Counted from the first letter of the stretch, positions 1 to 9,866 are shown. The stretch: 64,000 nucleotides of DNA from Candidatus Saccharimonadales bacterium (GCA_025451045.1 JANWLD010000001.1:273965-337964), one strand, 5' to 3'. The notes: generated by a model not told the origin, from the sequence alone. Made by a program: numbers and translations.

Positions 1-127
1 CACTGCCGTTGTTTACTTTTTTGTTAGCGTTATAAACGTAAAGTATTGTGCCGCTAACTATTCCAACTATTACTAAAGCTAATAGTCCTTCAACTACACC
101 GAAACCCTTATTGTTTAATTTTCTCAT
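1..127 (-). CDS. Type IV pilin-like protein (prepilin N-terminal cleavage motif), 3' end runs off the window
   Basis: Hand translation MRKLNNKG|FGVVEGLLALVIVGIVSGTILYVY: basic leader, G|FxxxE class III signal, hydrophobic helix. Alternative in-frame ATGs at 130 and 133. Confidence 0.8.
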   Translation of the reverse strand, partial: MRKLNNKGFGVVEGLLALVIVGIVSGTILYVYNANKKVNNGS

Positions 128-159
128 CATCATCCTTATGTTTCTAATGTGTTGCCTTA

Positions 160-194
160 AGAATAAATAAACCCTTGCGTTTGTGCAAGGGTTT
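160..194 (-). terminator. Hairpin after tRNA-Glu, overlapping a sigma70-like promoter for the pilin-like gene
   Basis: AAACCCTTGC-N6-GCAAGGGTTT stem followed by a T-rich tract; the same bases read TTGCAC-N17-TATTCT on the minus strand. Confidence 0.6.
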
Positions 195-202
195 TAGCAA
201 AC

Positions 203-277
203 TGGTGACCTCAAGGGGAATCGAACCCCTATTGCCAGGATGAAAACCTGGTGTCCTAACCGTTAGACGATGAGGCC
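203..277 (-). tRNA. tRNA-Glu(TTC)
   Basis: Reverse complement GGCCTCA...CCAGG-TTTTCAT-CCTGG...GGTTCGATTCC...TGAGGTCACCA folds as a cloverleaf with encoded CCA. Confidence 0.97.
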
Positions 278-343
278 TTATAATAGGAATTTATTAACCT
301 GTAAATGGTATCATAACAGAGGTAAAAAGGAAACCTGATTTTA

Positions 344-934
344 ATGTTAACTAAATCTTTTTTTGAGGGTAAAACAGTCGAAGAGTTGGCGAATGCTCTT
401 TTGGGCTGTGAGCTGGTTCATAAAACACCTGAAGGCATTACAGCCGGAATAATTGTTGAGACCGAAAGCTATCACGAAACGGATGAAGCCAGCCATAGCT
501 ACAAATATCGCTCCAAACGCAACGAAATCATGTTCGGTCCGCCGGGCCATGCATATGTTTATTTCACTTACGGCATGCACTGGTGTTTCAACGTAGTCGC
601 CGAAAACGAGGGAATCGGAGCGGGAGTATTAATTCGCGCCCTTGAGCCGACCCAAGGGATCGAACTAATGAAAAAGCGCCGCCATAAACAAAATTTAGTC
701 GAACTTTGTAATGGTCCCGCAAAACTCACACAGGCATTATCTATAACTAGGAAAGATTATGGAAAAACTCTTTACGGTGGCGACCTTTATATAACTTCGC
801 CTAAGCTCAAAGATTTCAAAATTGCTTTTGGCCCAAGGGTTGGCATTTCCAAAGCCCAAGATAAACCTTGGCGGTTTTGGATTAGAGACAATCCTTTTGT
901 CTCTGGAAGTCGGCCTAAGAAAAAGTTAGACTAG
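344..934 (+). CDS. mpg: DNA-3-methyladenine glycosylase (AAG/MPG family)
   Basis: IVETESY, AYVYFTYGMHWCFNVV, VLIRALEP, GPAKLTQAL and RVGIS motifs. Confidence 0.93.
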   Translation: MLTKSFFEGKTVEELANALLGCELVHKTPEGITAGIIVETESYHETDEASHSYKYRSKRNEIMFGPPGHAYVYFTYGMHWCFNVVAENEGIGAGVLIRALEPTQGIELMKKRRHKQNLVELCNGPAKLTQALSITRKDYGKTLYGGDLYITSPKLKDFKIAFGPRVGISKAQDKPWRFWIRDNPFVSGSRPKKKLD

Positions 935-939
935 AAGTA

Positions 940-2373
940 ATGGATTCAGATAATATTGTCCGCGATGTGCCGATAAAGAAGTTCAAACGAACCAAAATTG
1001 TGGCCACCGTCGGGCCTTCTACCAATAGCTATAAAGGTGTTCTTTCCTTGATGAAGTCAGGTGCTAACGGCATACGGCTTAATTTTAGCCATGGCAATCA
1101 AAAAGAGCATGAACAGCAGATAAAGTGGATTCGAAAAGCTTCCGAAGAAATCAAAAAACCAGTAGCCATAATCCAGGATTTGCAGGGGCCGAAGATACGG
1201 CTGGGCGATTTTGATAACTTAATAGAGGTAAAAAGCGGCCATCTGCTGACTTTGAGCCTCAATGCCGACTATGAACAGACCGGCGAAGTACCTATCCAGT
1301 TTGATTTGAGTAAAAAAGTAAAGCCCGGGGAGCATCTTTTTATATCCGACGGTAAAATAAAAGCCGTGGTCGAAAAGGTGGGTGATAAAAAGATTCAAAT
1401 CAGCGTGAAGCACGGCGGCATACTCATCAGGCGTAAAGGCATTAATCTGCCGGATACCGATTTTGGAGGGGATATTATCACTGCCAAGGATAAAGACGAC
1501 TTAGCTTTCGGTTCGACCAGGGATATCGATTATGTCGCGCTCAGCTTTGTCCAGTCCGCCGAAGATATCAGAACGCTTCGAAAAAGCCTGGCGTCATTGG
1601 GCAGTACGGCGAGGATAATCGCCAAAATAGAAACTAAAAAGGCGATTGATAATTTGGAGGAAATAATACAAGAAACCGACGCGGTGATGATAGCCCGCGG
1701 CGATTTGGCGACCGAAACTACGCCGGAATCGGTGCCAATAGTCCAGCGCAAGATAATTGAACTTGGTAAAAAATACGCCAAACCCTCAATCGTAGCTACC
1801 CAACTGCTAGCCAGTATGACCGAAGAGCCTGAGCCGACCCGGGCTGAAGTTTCTGACGTGGCTACCGCTACAATTTTGGGTGCTGATGCCGTGATGCTCA
1901 GCGATGAAACCGCCAGTGGCAAATACCCGATAGAATCGATAAATGTCATGAAACGCGTGGTCAACTATACCCAGAAGAATACACCGGAACCGATAATGAC
2001 TCATTTTACTGAAGTACAGCGTTCAAAACAGCGAGCTATTTCCCAGGCCATAATCAACCTTGCCCATGAAATGTCGGCAGTGTCCATCGTAGCCGAAACC
2101 AAGTCCGGCGCGACAGCTATCCAAATATCAGCCGACCGTCCAACAGTGCCGGTGGTCGCCGTAACTTCTAGCGTGCGTACTGCCCAACAGCTGGCGATAG
2201 TTTACGGTACTAAAAGTTACGTGCGGCCGGACAGCAAATTGCAGGCTACCAAACTTACTAACTGGCTACTAAAAAACAACGTACTGGAAAAAGGCGACAT
2301 TGTTGTAACCGCCAGCGGCCAACACCCTGGTGCGGTCGGAACTACTGATACAATTAAGATAAGAATACTTTAG
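940..2373 (+). CDS. pyk: Pyruvate kinase
   Basis: RTKIVATVGP, RLNFSHG, DLQGPKIR, IAKIE, MIARGDL and DAVMLSDETASG motifs. Confidence 0.97.
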   Translation: MDSDNIVRDVPIKKFKRTKIVATVGPSTNSYKGVLSLMKSGANGIRLNFSHGNQKEHEQQIKWIRKASEEIKKPVAIIQDLQGPKIRLGDFDNLIEVKSGHLLTLSLNADYEQTGEVPIQFDLSKKVKPGEHLFISDGKIKAVVEKVGDKKIQISVKHGGILIRRKGINLPDTDFGGDIITAKDKDDLAFGSTRDIDYVALSFVQSAEDIRTLRKSLASLGSTARIIAKIETKKAIDNLEEIIQETDAVMIARGDLATETTPESVPIVQRKIIELGKKYAKPSIVATQLLASMTEEPEPTRAEVSDVATATILGADAVMLSDETASGKYPIESINVMKRVVNYTQKNTPEPIMTHFTEVQRSKQRAISQAIINLAHEMSAVSIVAETKSGATAIQISADRPTVPVVAVTSSVRTAQQLAIVYGTKSYVRPDSKLQATKLTNWLLKNNVLEKGDIVVTASGQHPGAVGTTDTIKIRIL

Positions 2374-2379
2374 AAAGAA

Positions 2380-3564
2380 ATGTTTAATAAAAAAACAGTC
2401 GAAGATATTGATGTAGAAAACAAACGTATTGTCCTGCGGCTTGATTGGAATGTACCGGGCGACGCGCACGGCGAAGTTACCGATGACTTCCGTATTAAGG
2501 CAAGTTTGCCGACGATAGACTATCTGCTAAAGCACGGTTGCAGTCTGATTATCCTCAGTCACCGCGGCCGTCCCGATGGCCCGAGCCGGGAGTTCAGCAT
2601 GGAACCGGTGGCAAGAAAGGCCAGCCAGATAATCGGCAGAGAAGTGAAATTCGCCGATGATTTGACAGGCGAATCGGCCCAGACCGCAGTACAGCAGCTA
2701 AAACCTCAAGACATATTAGTGCTTCAAAATACCCGGTTTTATCCTGAAGAAAAATCAGGCGATGAAGGCTTTGCCCGCCGGCTGGCGAGTTACGGCGACA
2801 TTTTTGTGATGGATGCTTTCGCAGTTGCCCATCGTACGGATAGCTCAGTTATCGGTATCAACAAATTTTTGCCTTCAGTCGCGGGATTCTTGATAGAAAA
2901 AGAGATAACCGAACTCTCAAAAGCTATCGAAAATCCCAAAAAACCGGTGCTGGCTATCACCGGCGGAGCTAAGCTGGAAACTAAACTGCCACTTCTTAAA
3001 AACTTTATGAATTTTGCCGACCATATTGTCGTTGCCGGAGTAATGGCTAACATCCTGCTCCATGCGCTGGGCTATCGAACTGGAAAAAGTATCTTTGATA
3101 AAGCCGAACTTGCTACGGCTAAAGACGTACTGGCCCAAGCCGAAGCAAATGGCGTAAAGTTTATCTTGCCGACGGCTGACGTCGCGGTAGCCAAAAGCCG
3201 TGATGAAACAGAGCGACAAGAGATAAAGACCGAAGAAGTCGCGGAGGATGATTTTATCTTGGATTTTGGAGAAAAAAGTACCGGCAAGGTCAAAAAATTA
3301 ATCCTTGATGCCAATACTATTATTTGGAACGGCCCCCTCGGGCTTTATGAAAATCCGGTTTTTGCTAAGGCCTCAAAGGAGATAGCCCAAGCTATTGCCG
3401 CCAGCTCTGCCGTAAGCGTAGTTGGCGGCGGTGATACCGCTGACGTGGTCAATTCGCTCGGTCTGAGCGATAAGTTTACCCACGTTTCAACCGGCGGCGG
3501 AGCGTCTTTAGATTTCATGAGCGGCAAAAAACTACCCGCTATCGAAGCTTTGTCAGACAAATAG
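2380..3564 (+). CDS. pgk: Phosphoglycerate kinase
   Basis: RLDWNVP, SHRGRP, GGAK, IWNGPLG, GGGDT and HVSTGGGASL motifs. Confidence 0.97.
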   Translation: MFNKKTVEDIDVENKRIVLRLDWNVPGDAHGEVTDDFRIKASLPTIDYLLKHGCSLIILSHRGRPDGPSREFSMEPVARKASQIIGREVKFADDLTGESAQTAVQQLKPQDILVLQNTRFYPEEKSGDEGFARRLASYGDIFVMDAFAVAHRTDSSVIGINKFLPSVAGFLIEKEITELSKAIENPKKPVLAITGGAKLETKLPLLKNFMNFADHIVVAGVMANILLHALGYRTGKSIFDKAELATAKDVLAQAEANGVKFILPTADVAVAKSRDETERQEIKTEEVAEDDFILDFGEKSTGKVKKLILDANTIIWNGPLGLYENPVFAKASKEIAQAIAASSAVSVVGGGDTADVVNSLGLSDKFTHVSTGGGASLDFMSGKKLPAIEALSDK

Positions 3565-3594
3565 CTGTTACAATAATAAATAAGCATAAACGTC

Positions 3595-4395
3595 ATGAAA
3601 AAACCGAAGAAGATTTTGATTATCGGGAACTGGAAAATGAACCTGAATGTTTCGCAGGCCAGCCTGTTGGTTTCTCGCCTGGATAAACATATCAAAACCC
3701 GCAAGGGGATTGAAGTCGTGCTTGCTCCCAGTATGCTGGACTTACAACCGGTAAGCATGCAGGTAGACCGCCGCAAATTCCGCTTAGCGGCTCAAAATGC
3801 CTATCACCACGACGAAGGGGCTTTTACCGGCGAAGTTTCGTTCACCATGCTTCGTGAACTTGCGCATTATGTTATAATCGGCCATTCCGAACGCAGAATA
3901 TATTTTAAAGAAGACTTGGACGAAATCCGCGACAAAGTTTCAGCTTGCATGCGCAACGGCATCACGCCGATCCTATGCATAGGCGAAACCAAGACCGAAC
4001 GCCGGGCTGGAGAAACCCGGCAGGTGTTGCATGACCAGTTAATGACTGCCTTGAGCAATCTGACAGCCGAGGAAGTATCAGAAATGGTGATTGCCTATGA
4101 ACCAGTCTGGGCGATAAGTACATTCGAGGGCGATATCGCCAAACCTGACGAAATCGGTAAAGACTTAACTTTCATCAGAGATCAGGTTAAAGAACTCTAC
4201 GGCGTACAAACCGAGGAAAAGGTCAGAATAATTTATGGCGGTAGCGTCGATGACCATTCAGCCCGGGCGTATCTTGAAATACCCGGTTGCGAAGGCGTAT
4301 TGGTCGGTGGAGCCAGCATAAATTATCATAAGTTCGCCGGTATCGCCGAAGCGGCTTATAGGGTGGTAAAAGAAAATGCCGAAGAAAAAGAATAA
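3595..4395 (+). CDS. tpiA: Triosephosphate isomerase
   Basis: GNWKMN, GAFTGEVS, IGHSERR, AYEPVWAI, YGGSV and LVGGAS motifs. Confidence 0.97.
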   Translation: MKKPKKILIIGNWKMNLNVSQASLLVSRLDKHIKTRKGIEVVLAPSMLDLQPVSMQVDRRKFRLAAQNAYHHDEGAFTGEVSFTMLRELAHYVIIGHSERRIYFKEDLDEIRDKVSACMRNGITPILCIGETKTERRAGETRQVLHDQLMTALSNLTAEEVSEMVIAYEPVWAISTFEGDIAKPDEIGKDLTFIRDQVKELYGVQTEEKVRIIYGGSVDDHSARAYLEIPGCEGVLVGGASINYHKFAGIAEAAYRVVKENAEEKE

Positions 4396-5029
4396 CGATA
4401 CAACCGACGGACTAGAGCCGGAAGCAGAAGAAGTAAAAACTGCTCCGAAAATAAAAGACGTAGCCAATCCGGGGGAGACTCCGCCGTCGGCTACGGCTCG
4501 CCCAATTATTACCGGCCATGGTTCGATACTTAAACAAGACCCGATGATGGCTGACAAATCCGAACCTGATGAAAAAATAACTACCAAAAAAGCCGAACTT
4601 ACGATAAAGCCTGAGACCGAATCCGAACCTGAATCTACCGAAACATCGGAGGAATCACCCAAAGGCGAAAATAAAGACGAGCCGCCTGAGGCAAATGAAG
4701 CCGAAAAAGGCGAAACTAAAAATGATGAAGACAGCACCGGTTCCGACAGCGCGGCTATAGATTCATTGGCGACTTCGGCGGGAAACAAAAAGCAGGATGC
4801 GAAGCAAGCGGAAGAAGAACGAAAAAAAACTGAAAAAATAAATGAACTCATTGCCAGCAAAAGATATTCCATCCCGATAACCGAAGGCGGCCATAAAGCA
4901 TCTAGCCAGCGTTTCATGAGCTGGTTACTATTGATATTGTTGGCATCAGCAGTCGGCGTTTATCTGGCAATAGACGCTGGTTATCTGGACATTGGCATCG
5001 CTTTGCCTTTCGATCTGATAAAAAACTAA
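4376..5029 (+). CDS. Hypothetical acidic low-complexity protein with C-terminal transmembrane anchor
   Basis: E/P/K-rich N-terminal two thirds and hydrophobic WLLLILLASAVGVYLAI near the C-terminus; overlaps tpiA by 20 nt. Confidence 0.7.
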   Translation: MPKKKNNDTTDGLEPEAEEVKTAPKIKDVANPGETPPSATARPIITGHGSILKQDPMMADKSEPDEKITTKKAELTIKPETESEPESTETSEESPKGENKDEPPEANEAEKGETKNDEDSTGSDSAAIDSLATSAGNKKQDAKQAEEERKKTEKINELIASKRYSIPITEGGHKASSQRFMSWLLLILLASAVGVYLAIDAGYLDIGIALPFDLIKN

Positions 5030-5056
5030 TAAGTTTCGGTTTGCTAAGATGTATAG

Positions 5057-7180
5057 GTGAAAGACTTATTTGAGGACCTGAATCCGGAGCAAAAACGGGC
5101 GGTTGAAACTACCGAAGGGCCGCTTTTAATCCAAGCTGGAGCTGGCAGCGGCAAGACCAAGACGCTGACGCACCGGATTGCTTATATTGTCAGTTCGGGT
5201 CTAGCCGCGCCCTATCAAATTCTGGCGGTAACATTTACCAACAAAGCGGCGAAAGAAATGCGCATCAGATTGGCCAAACTAGTCGGTCATGATGCAGACG
5301 ACCGGACGTTCCTGCCATTCATGGGCACCTTTCACGGCATCTGCGTAAAGATTCTCAGGATCGACGGAGATTTTGTTAAAGTTCCCAAAAACTTCGTGAT
5401 TTTTGATGAAGCCGACAGACTGGCGACAGTAAAACAAGTTAGCAAAGACCTCAAGATTGATGAAAAAAGCTTCCCGCCTCGCTTGATTGCCAGCCTTATC
5501 AGCAGCGCCAAAAACGAACTTATCCGTCCGGCCGAATATAGCAATCTAGCTTCCAGCCCGGTTCAAAAAACTGCCTCCCAAATTTTTCCGCTTTATGAAA
5601 AAGCCCTGAAAACCGCCGGAGCACTGGACTTTGACGATTTGATAGGCAAAGCCGTTGAACTGATGGCCAATCATGAAGATGTCCGACGCCGTTGGCAGGA
5701 AAGATTTAAATACGTGCTTATCGACGAATACCAAGACACTAATTCCGCCCAGTACAAGCTAGTCAAATTTCTAGTTAACAAAAAACAGAACATTGCAGTG
5801 GTTGGCGATGACTGGCAAAGTATTTATTCGTGGCGGGGAGCTGATTTTAAAAACATACTTAATTTTGAAAAAGATTATAAAAACGTCACGGTCATCAAAC
5901 TGGAACAAAATTATCGCAGTACCAAGCATATCCTGGACGCCGCGCACAAAATAATTGCCAAGAATACCCAGCGTTCTGATAAGAAATTATGGACGGCAAC
6001 CGATAGCGGCCTGCCGGTACAGGTAGTGCCGGTAGCCAATGAGCGGGCGGAGGCCGAAACTATCATTCGCCGGATTGAGACCGGTATAAATCTTGGCTCG
6101 CGCGGTTATGACGATTTCGCGGTGCTGTATCGGACCAACGCTCAAAGCCGGGCGATTGAGGACATGTTTATCCGCTACGGCGTGCCTTACAAAATTATCG
6201 GCGGGGTTAGGTTTTATGACCGCAAGGAAATCCGTGATGTAGTAGCTTACCTGCGTTTAATTTTTCAGCCCGAAGACAGAACCAGTTTCGAACGCATCGT
6301 CAACGTACCGGTCCGCGGCATAGGCGATAAGTCGCTTAGCAACCTTTTCGCGTGGCAAGCCAAAAATAATTTTAGTTTGGAACAAGCACTAACTAAAATC
6401 GAAGAGTGCGACGAACTAACGCCGAAAGCCAAGAAAGCCTTATTTGGCTTCAATGCGATACTCAAAGATTTGCGCGCCATCATTGACGAAACTAATCCGG
6501 CTGGACTTATCGATTCGCTGTTGCGTCGGATTGAATACCTTGAATATTTAAACGACGGCACCATACAAGCTGAAGCTCGGATAGAAAACGTCAACGAACT
6601 TTTGAGTGTCGCCCGGGTTTATCAGGATGTTGGTCTGCAGGATTTTCTGGAGGAAGTTTCGCTGGCATCCGATGCCGAAAGCGGAAACCAAAGTAGCTCT
6701 TCGGTGACATTGATGACCCTGCATTCCGCCAAAGGCTTAGAGTTTCCGGTAGTCTTTATGGTCGGTATGGAGGAAACTATTCTGCCGCATACCCGCTCCA
6801 GTTTTGACCAAAAAGACATGGAAGAAGAACGGCGGCTGTGCTATGTCGGCATGACCCGGGCCAAAGAAGAACTTTATATGATTTACGCCGGTTCGCGCGT
6901 ACTATACGGCGGCGTCCAACATAACGTCCCATCGCGGTTCTTAAGCGAAATCGACAGCCAGCTGGCCCACGCGGGTGCCGGCGACAGCTTAACCGCCCGG
7001 CCGCCTTTATCAGATGAACCGAGATATGTAGCGGAGCTTAACCCCGGCGACAAAGTTCGCCACCAAGTATTCGGCGTAGGGACGGTAGTTCAGATAGAAG
7101 AGGAAGAAGCCGTGATAGATTTCAAGACCAAAGGTTCTAAGAAGCTCAATCTGGCATTCGCCCCGATAGAGAAGATGTAA
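5057..7180 (+). CDS. pcrA: ATP-dependent DNA helicase PcrA/UvrD
   Basis: AGAGSGKT, TFTNKAA, DEYQDTN, VGDDWQSIY, LEQNYRS, TLHSAKGLEF and EERRLCYVGMTRA motifs, plus C-terminal Tudor-like domain. Confidence 0.96.
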   Translation: MKDLFEDLNPEQKRAVETTEGPLLIQAGAGSGKTKTLTHRIAYIVSSGLAAPYQILAVTFTNKAAKEMRIRLAKLVGHDADDRTFLPFMGTFHGICVKILRIDGDFVKVPKNFVIFDEADRLATVKQVSKDLKIDEKSFPPRLIASLISSAKNELIRPAEYSNLASSPVQKTASQIFPLYEKALKTAGALDFDDLIGKAVELMANHEDVRRRWQERFKYVLIDEYQDTNSAQYKLVKFLVNKKQNIAVVGDDWQSIYSWRGADFKNILNFEKDYKNVTVIKLEQNYRSTKHILDAAHKIIAKNTQRSDKKLWTATDSGLPVQVVPVANERAEAETIIRRIETGINLGSRGYDDFAVLYRTNAQSRAIEDMFIRYGVPYKIIGGVRFYDRKEIRDVVAYLRLIFQPEDRTSFERIVNVPVRGIGDKSLSNLFAWQAKNNFSLEQALTKIEECDELTPKAKKALFGFNAILKDLRAIIDETNPAGLIDSLLRRIEYLEYLNDGTIQAEARIENVNELLSVARVYQDVGLQDFLEEVSLASDAESGNQSSSSVTLMTLHSAKGLEFPVVFMVGMEETILPHTRSSFDQKDMEEERRLCYVGMTRAKEELYMIYAGSRVLYGGVQHNVPSRFLSEIDSQLAHAGAGDSLTARPPLSDEPRYVAELNPGDKVRHQVFGVGTVVQIEEEEAVIDFKTKGSKKLNLAFAPIEKM

Positions 7181-7259
7181 TATGTTATAATCCTAGGGCT
7201 TAAAAGTGTCTTAAAATTTACCTGAAATTTGAGTCGGACATAGCCTAAGCCCCCAGTAA

Positions 7260-8483
7260 ATGAAGATTTTTAAGAAGAAGAAACAACCACCGGTTGAAAC
7301 TTTTCTCGGAGTCAGAAAAGTAAATCCCCCGAAAGTCCATAAGCATCAGATACTAGTACCGTTTCTGACCTTTTTGGTCTTGGGCGTTTTTTCATGCCTG
7401 ACTTTTTTGATTTATGGCGGTACTACGGTTGAAGGGGCCGATGTTAAGCGCGTCCAAGTTTATGTAGACGGCCAGGAAAAAACTATTCCTACTCGCGCGC
7501 CAACCGTCGGCGAACTGCTGAAACGGATAAATATACAACTTACCAAAGACGATATCGTTGAGCCCGGCCTTAATAGTCCTATCCGCGAAGACGATATTCA
7601 TATCAACGTCTACCGGGCTAAGCCGGTGACCGTAATTGATACCAACGGCCATACAGTATCAACCAAGATTGCCAATACTACACCGGAAAATATGGCAGCT
7701 AAAGCCGGCTTCAAACTTTATCCTGAAGACAAGGCGGAAATAGCGGCTCCGGATGTTGCCAGTAACAAGGGCGTAATCGGCGAGCTTATTACCATTGACC
7801 GGTCAGTTCCGCTCAAACTGAACTTATACGGCAAGAAGGTATCTATCCGCACAACAGCCGACACGGTAGGTGATTTGCTGCAGGAAAAAGGCGTGGTCTT
7901 GGGGCCTAAAGACAAAGTTATCCCAAACGCCTCCACTCCGATAAAAAAGAACATGGAAGTTTTAGTACTTAGAAACGGCAAACAAGTTATAAATGTTGAG
8001 GAAAAGATTGCCCCGCCGGTCGACACCCAGCTAGACGCGACGCTTGACGCGGGAACAATCAAAGTTATTGACCCCGGCAAGCCGGGCAAGCGAATCGTGA
8101 CTTATGAAGTTACTTTCAAGCACGACAAAGAAGTCAAACGTAAACTCATCCAAAGCGTCGTAGTCTCCCAGCCGAAGAAACGCAAGGTAATAGAAGGTAC
8201 CAAAAACACCGGCTTTGGCGGCGGTTTTGACGCCGCGTTGGCAAGGCTGAGAAGCTGTGAAGGCAGTTATTCGAGCAATACCGGCAACGGCTATTATGGA
8301 GCCTACCAGTTCAATTTAGGTTCTTGGCGGGCTTACGCCCCGGCCAGCTATAAAAATTCACTGCCAAGCAGTGCTCCGCCGGTTGCTCAAGACCAGGCCG
8401 CCGCTAATTATTACCGGGTTTCCGGCTGGCGGCCATGGCCGACTTGTTCTATTAAGATGGGCCTTCAAGATACATACCGCTAG
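7260..8483 (+). CDS. RpfB/YabE-like cell-wall protein: TM anchor, ubiquitin-like DUF348 repeats, G5 domain, Rpf-like lytic transglycosylase domain
   Basis: Repeats such as TRAPTVGELL and TTADTVGDLL, G5-like GKPGKRIVTYEV, and C-terminal LRSCEG..NTGNGYYGAYQF..W..A...QDQAA..GWRPWPTC. Confidence 0.88.
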   Translation: MKIFKKKKQPPVETFLGVRKVNPPKVHKHQILVPFLTFLVLGVFSCLTFLIYGGTTVEGADVKRVQVYVDGQEKTIPTRAPTVGELLKRINIQLTKDDIVEPGLNSPIREDDIHINVYRAKPVTVIDTNGHTVSTKIANTTPENMAAKAGFKLYPEDKAEIAAPDVASNKGVIGELITIDRSVPLKLNLYGKKVSIRTTADTVGDLLQEKGVVLGPKDKVIPNASTPIKKNMEVLVLRNGKQVINVEEKIAPPVDTQLDATLDAGTIKVIDPGKPGKRIVTYEVTFKHDKEVKRKLIQSVVVSQPKKRKVIEGTKNTGFGGGFDAALARLRSCEGSYSSNTGNGYYGAYQFNLGSWRAYAPASYKNSLPSSAPPVAQDQAAANYYRVSGWRPWPTCSIKMGLQDTYR

Positions 8484-8649
8484 GCTTTTGGACCAGCCAG
8501 CCTGCTCCCGAGCATAGCTCGGAACACTGCTGGCTTCTTGGCGCTAGGACACAATTTTCTTCTGCGATGCTCTTTCAACGTACCACGGTACGTTTTTAGT
8601 CCGCTTCTCGAAGAGAAATTGTACCTATCATCCAAGTCCATAAACCTAG
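8480..8649. mobile_element. MITE/REP-like highly structured intergenic element
   Basis: Imperfect 14-bp terminal inverted repeat CTAGGCTTTTGGAC/GTCCATAAACCTAG. Nested stems AGCCAGC/GCTGGCT, CCGAGC/GCTCGG, ACAATTTTCTTC/GAAGAGAAATTGT and AACGTACC/GGTACGTT. Confidence 0.55.
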
Positions 8650-8667
8650 TTTGGTAGAATGTAGGGT

Positions 8668-9093
8668 ATGAAGGCTAAATTTGATGGCTATAATTGGCTG
8701 GCTCGTTTAGAAAGGGGCGAAAAGCTCGTTGAAAGCTTGGATAGGCTTATCATTGAGCAGGACATAAAGACCGCTTGGCTTTTCGGTATCGGCGCGGCCA
8801 GCTCCGCGGAAGTAGGCTACTATGATTTGAAAAACAAAGATTACGTTTGGAAAAAGGTCGATAAAGATTTGGAAATACTAAGCCTGCAAGGCAACCTGAC
8901 GTTGGGCGAGGACAAGCCGTTGATTCACCTGCATGGTTTATTTTCCGATGAATCAGGAAAAACTTTTGGCGGCCATGTAAAAGATTTGACCGTATCCATC
9001 ACCTGCGAACTATTTTTGCATAATTGGTTTGCCGGACAAGGTATAACGCGCTTCATTGACCCGGATACTGGCTTGAAGCTGCTCGATTTATGA
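8668..9093 (+). CDS. PPC domain (DUF296) protein
   Basis: RLERGEKLVESL, GIGA, EILSLQGN, HLHG and GGHV motifs. Confidence 0.88.
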   Translation: MKAKFDGYNWLARLERGEKLVESLDRLIIEQDIKTAWLFGIGAASSAEVGYYDLKNKDYVWKKVDKDLEILSLQGNLTLGEDKPLIHLHGLFSDESGKTFGGHVKDLTVSITCELFLHNWFAGQGITRFIDPDTGLKLLDL

Positions 9094-9866
9094 ATACAGT
9101 CGCCAAGAAAAGTTTAGGTCAGCACTGGCTTGATGACAAGCAGACACTATCTGCCATATGCGAACTTGCTGACATAAAAAAAGCTGAAAAAGTTCTGGAA
9201 ATAGGTCCCGGCCATGGCAGCTTGACCGAGATGTTACTGCAAAGCGGCGCAAAAGTCACGGCCGTTGAATTGGATAAAGAACTGGCTAAAAACTTAATAG
9301 CTAAAAATTTTGAAAACCTCCGTGTAATTAATCAGGATATCCTTGAATTTGACCTAACAAGTTTGCCACAAGGTTATAAAGTCGTCGCAAATATCCCATA
9401 TTATCTCACCAGCAACCTAATCCGTAATTTAAGCGAATCAACCAATCCGCCGGCTTCAATTACATTGCTCGTACAAAAAGAAGTGGCACAGCGGATTTGT
9501 GCCAAACCCGGTGGAATGTCTGTTTTGTCCGTTAGTGCCCAGGTTTATCACGATTGTACGCTTGGTTTGATCGTACCGGCCGAAAAGTTTATACCGCCGC
9601 CAAAAGTCGATTCGCAAGTAGTCCATATGGCAAGAAAGCTCAAACCCCTTGTAGACAATCAATCCAAAAAACAGTTTTTTCACGTAGTCAAAGCCGGATT
9701 TGCTGGCCGCCGCAAAACTCTTCCTAATTCACTTTCGGCGGGCTTGCACTTGCCAAAAGAAGAAGTCGCAGAGATACTCAGGCGCGTTAATATTGATACA
9801 AATACCCGGGCGCAGCAACTTTCGATTGATGATTGGCTGAAACTTAATAAATACTTAACACGTTAA
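9090..9866 (+). CDS. rsmA: 16S rRNA m6,2A1518/1519 dimethyltransferase
   Basis: KKSLGQHWL, LEIGPGHG, VANIPYY, QKEVAQR, PPPKVDS and RRKTL motifs. Confidence 0.96.
   Translation: MNTVAKKSLGQHWLDDKQTLSAICELADIKKAEKVLEIGPGHGSLTEMLLQSGAKVTAVELDKELAKNLIAKNFENLRVINQDILEFDLTSLPQGYKVVANIPYYLTSNLIRNLSESTNPPASITLLVQKEVAQRICAKPGGMSVLSVSAQVYHDCTLGLIVPAEKFIPPPKVDSQVVHMARKLKPLVDNQSKKQFFHVVKAGFAGRRKTLPNSLSAGLHLPKEEVAEILRRVNIDTNTRAQQLSIDDWLKLNKYLTR

Noticed and set aside
4258..4917. 219-aa minus-strand ORF and other long antisense ORFs (e.g. 25721-26293, 32518-33051, 42724-43200, 59363-59827)
   Set aside because: They shadow well-supported plus-strand genes and have S/F/L-rich antisense-type composition.
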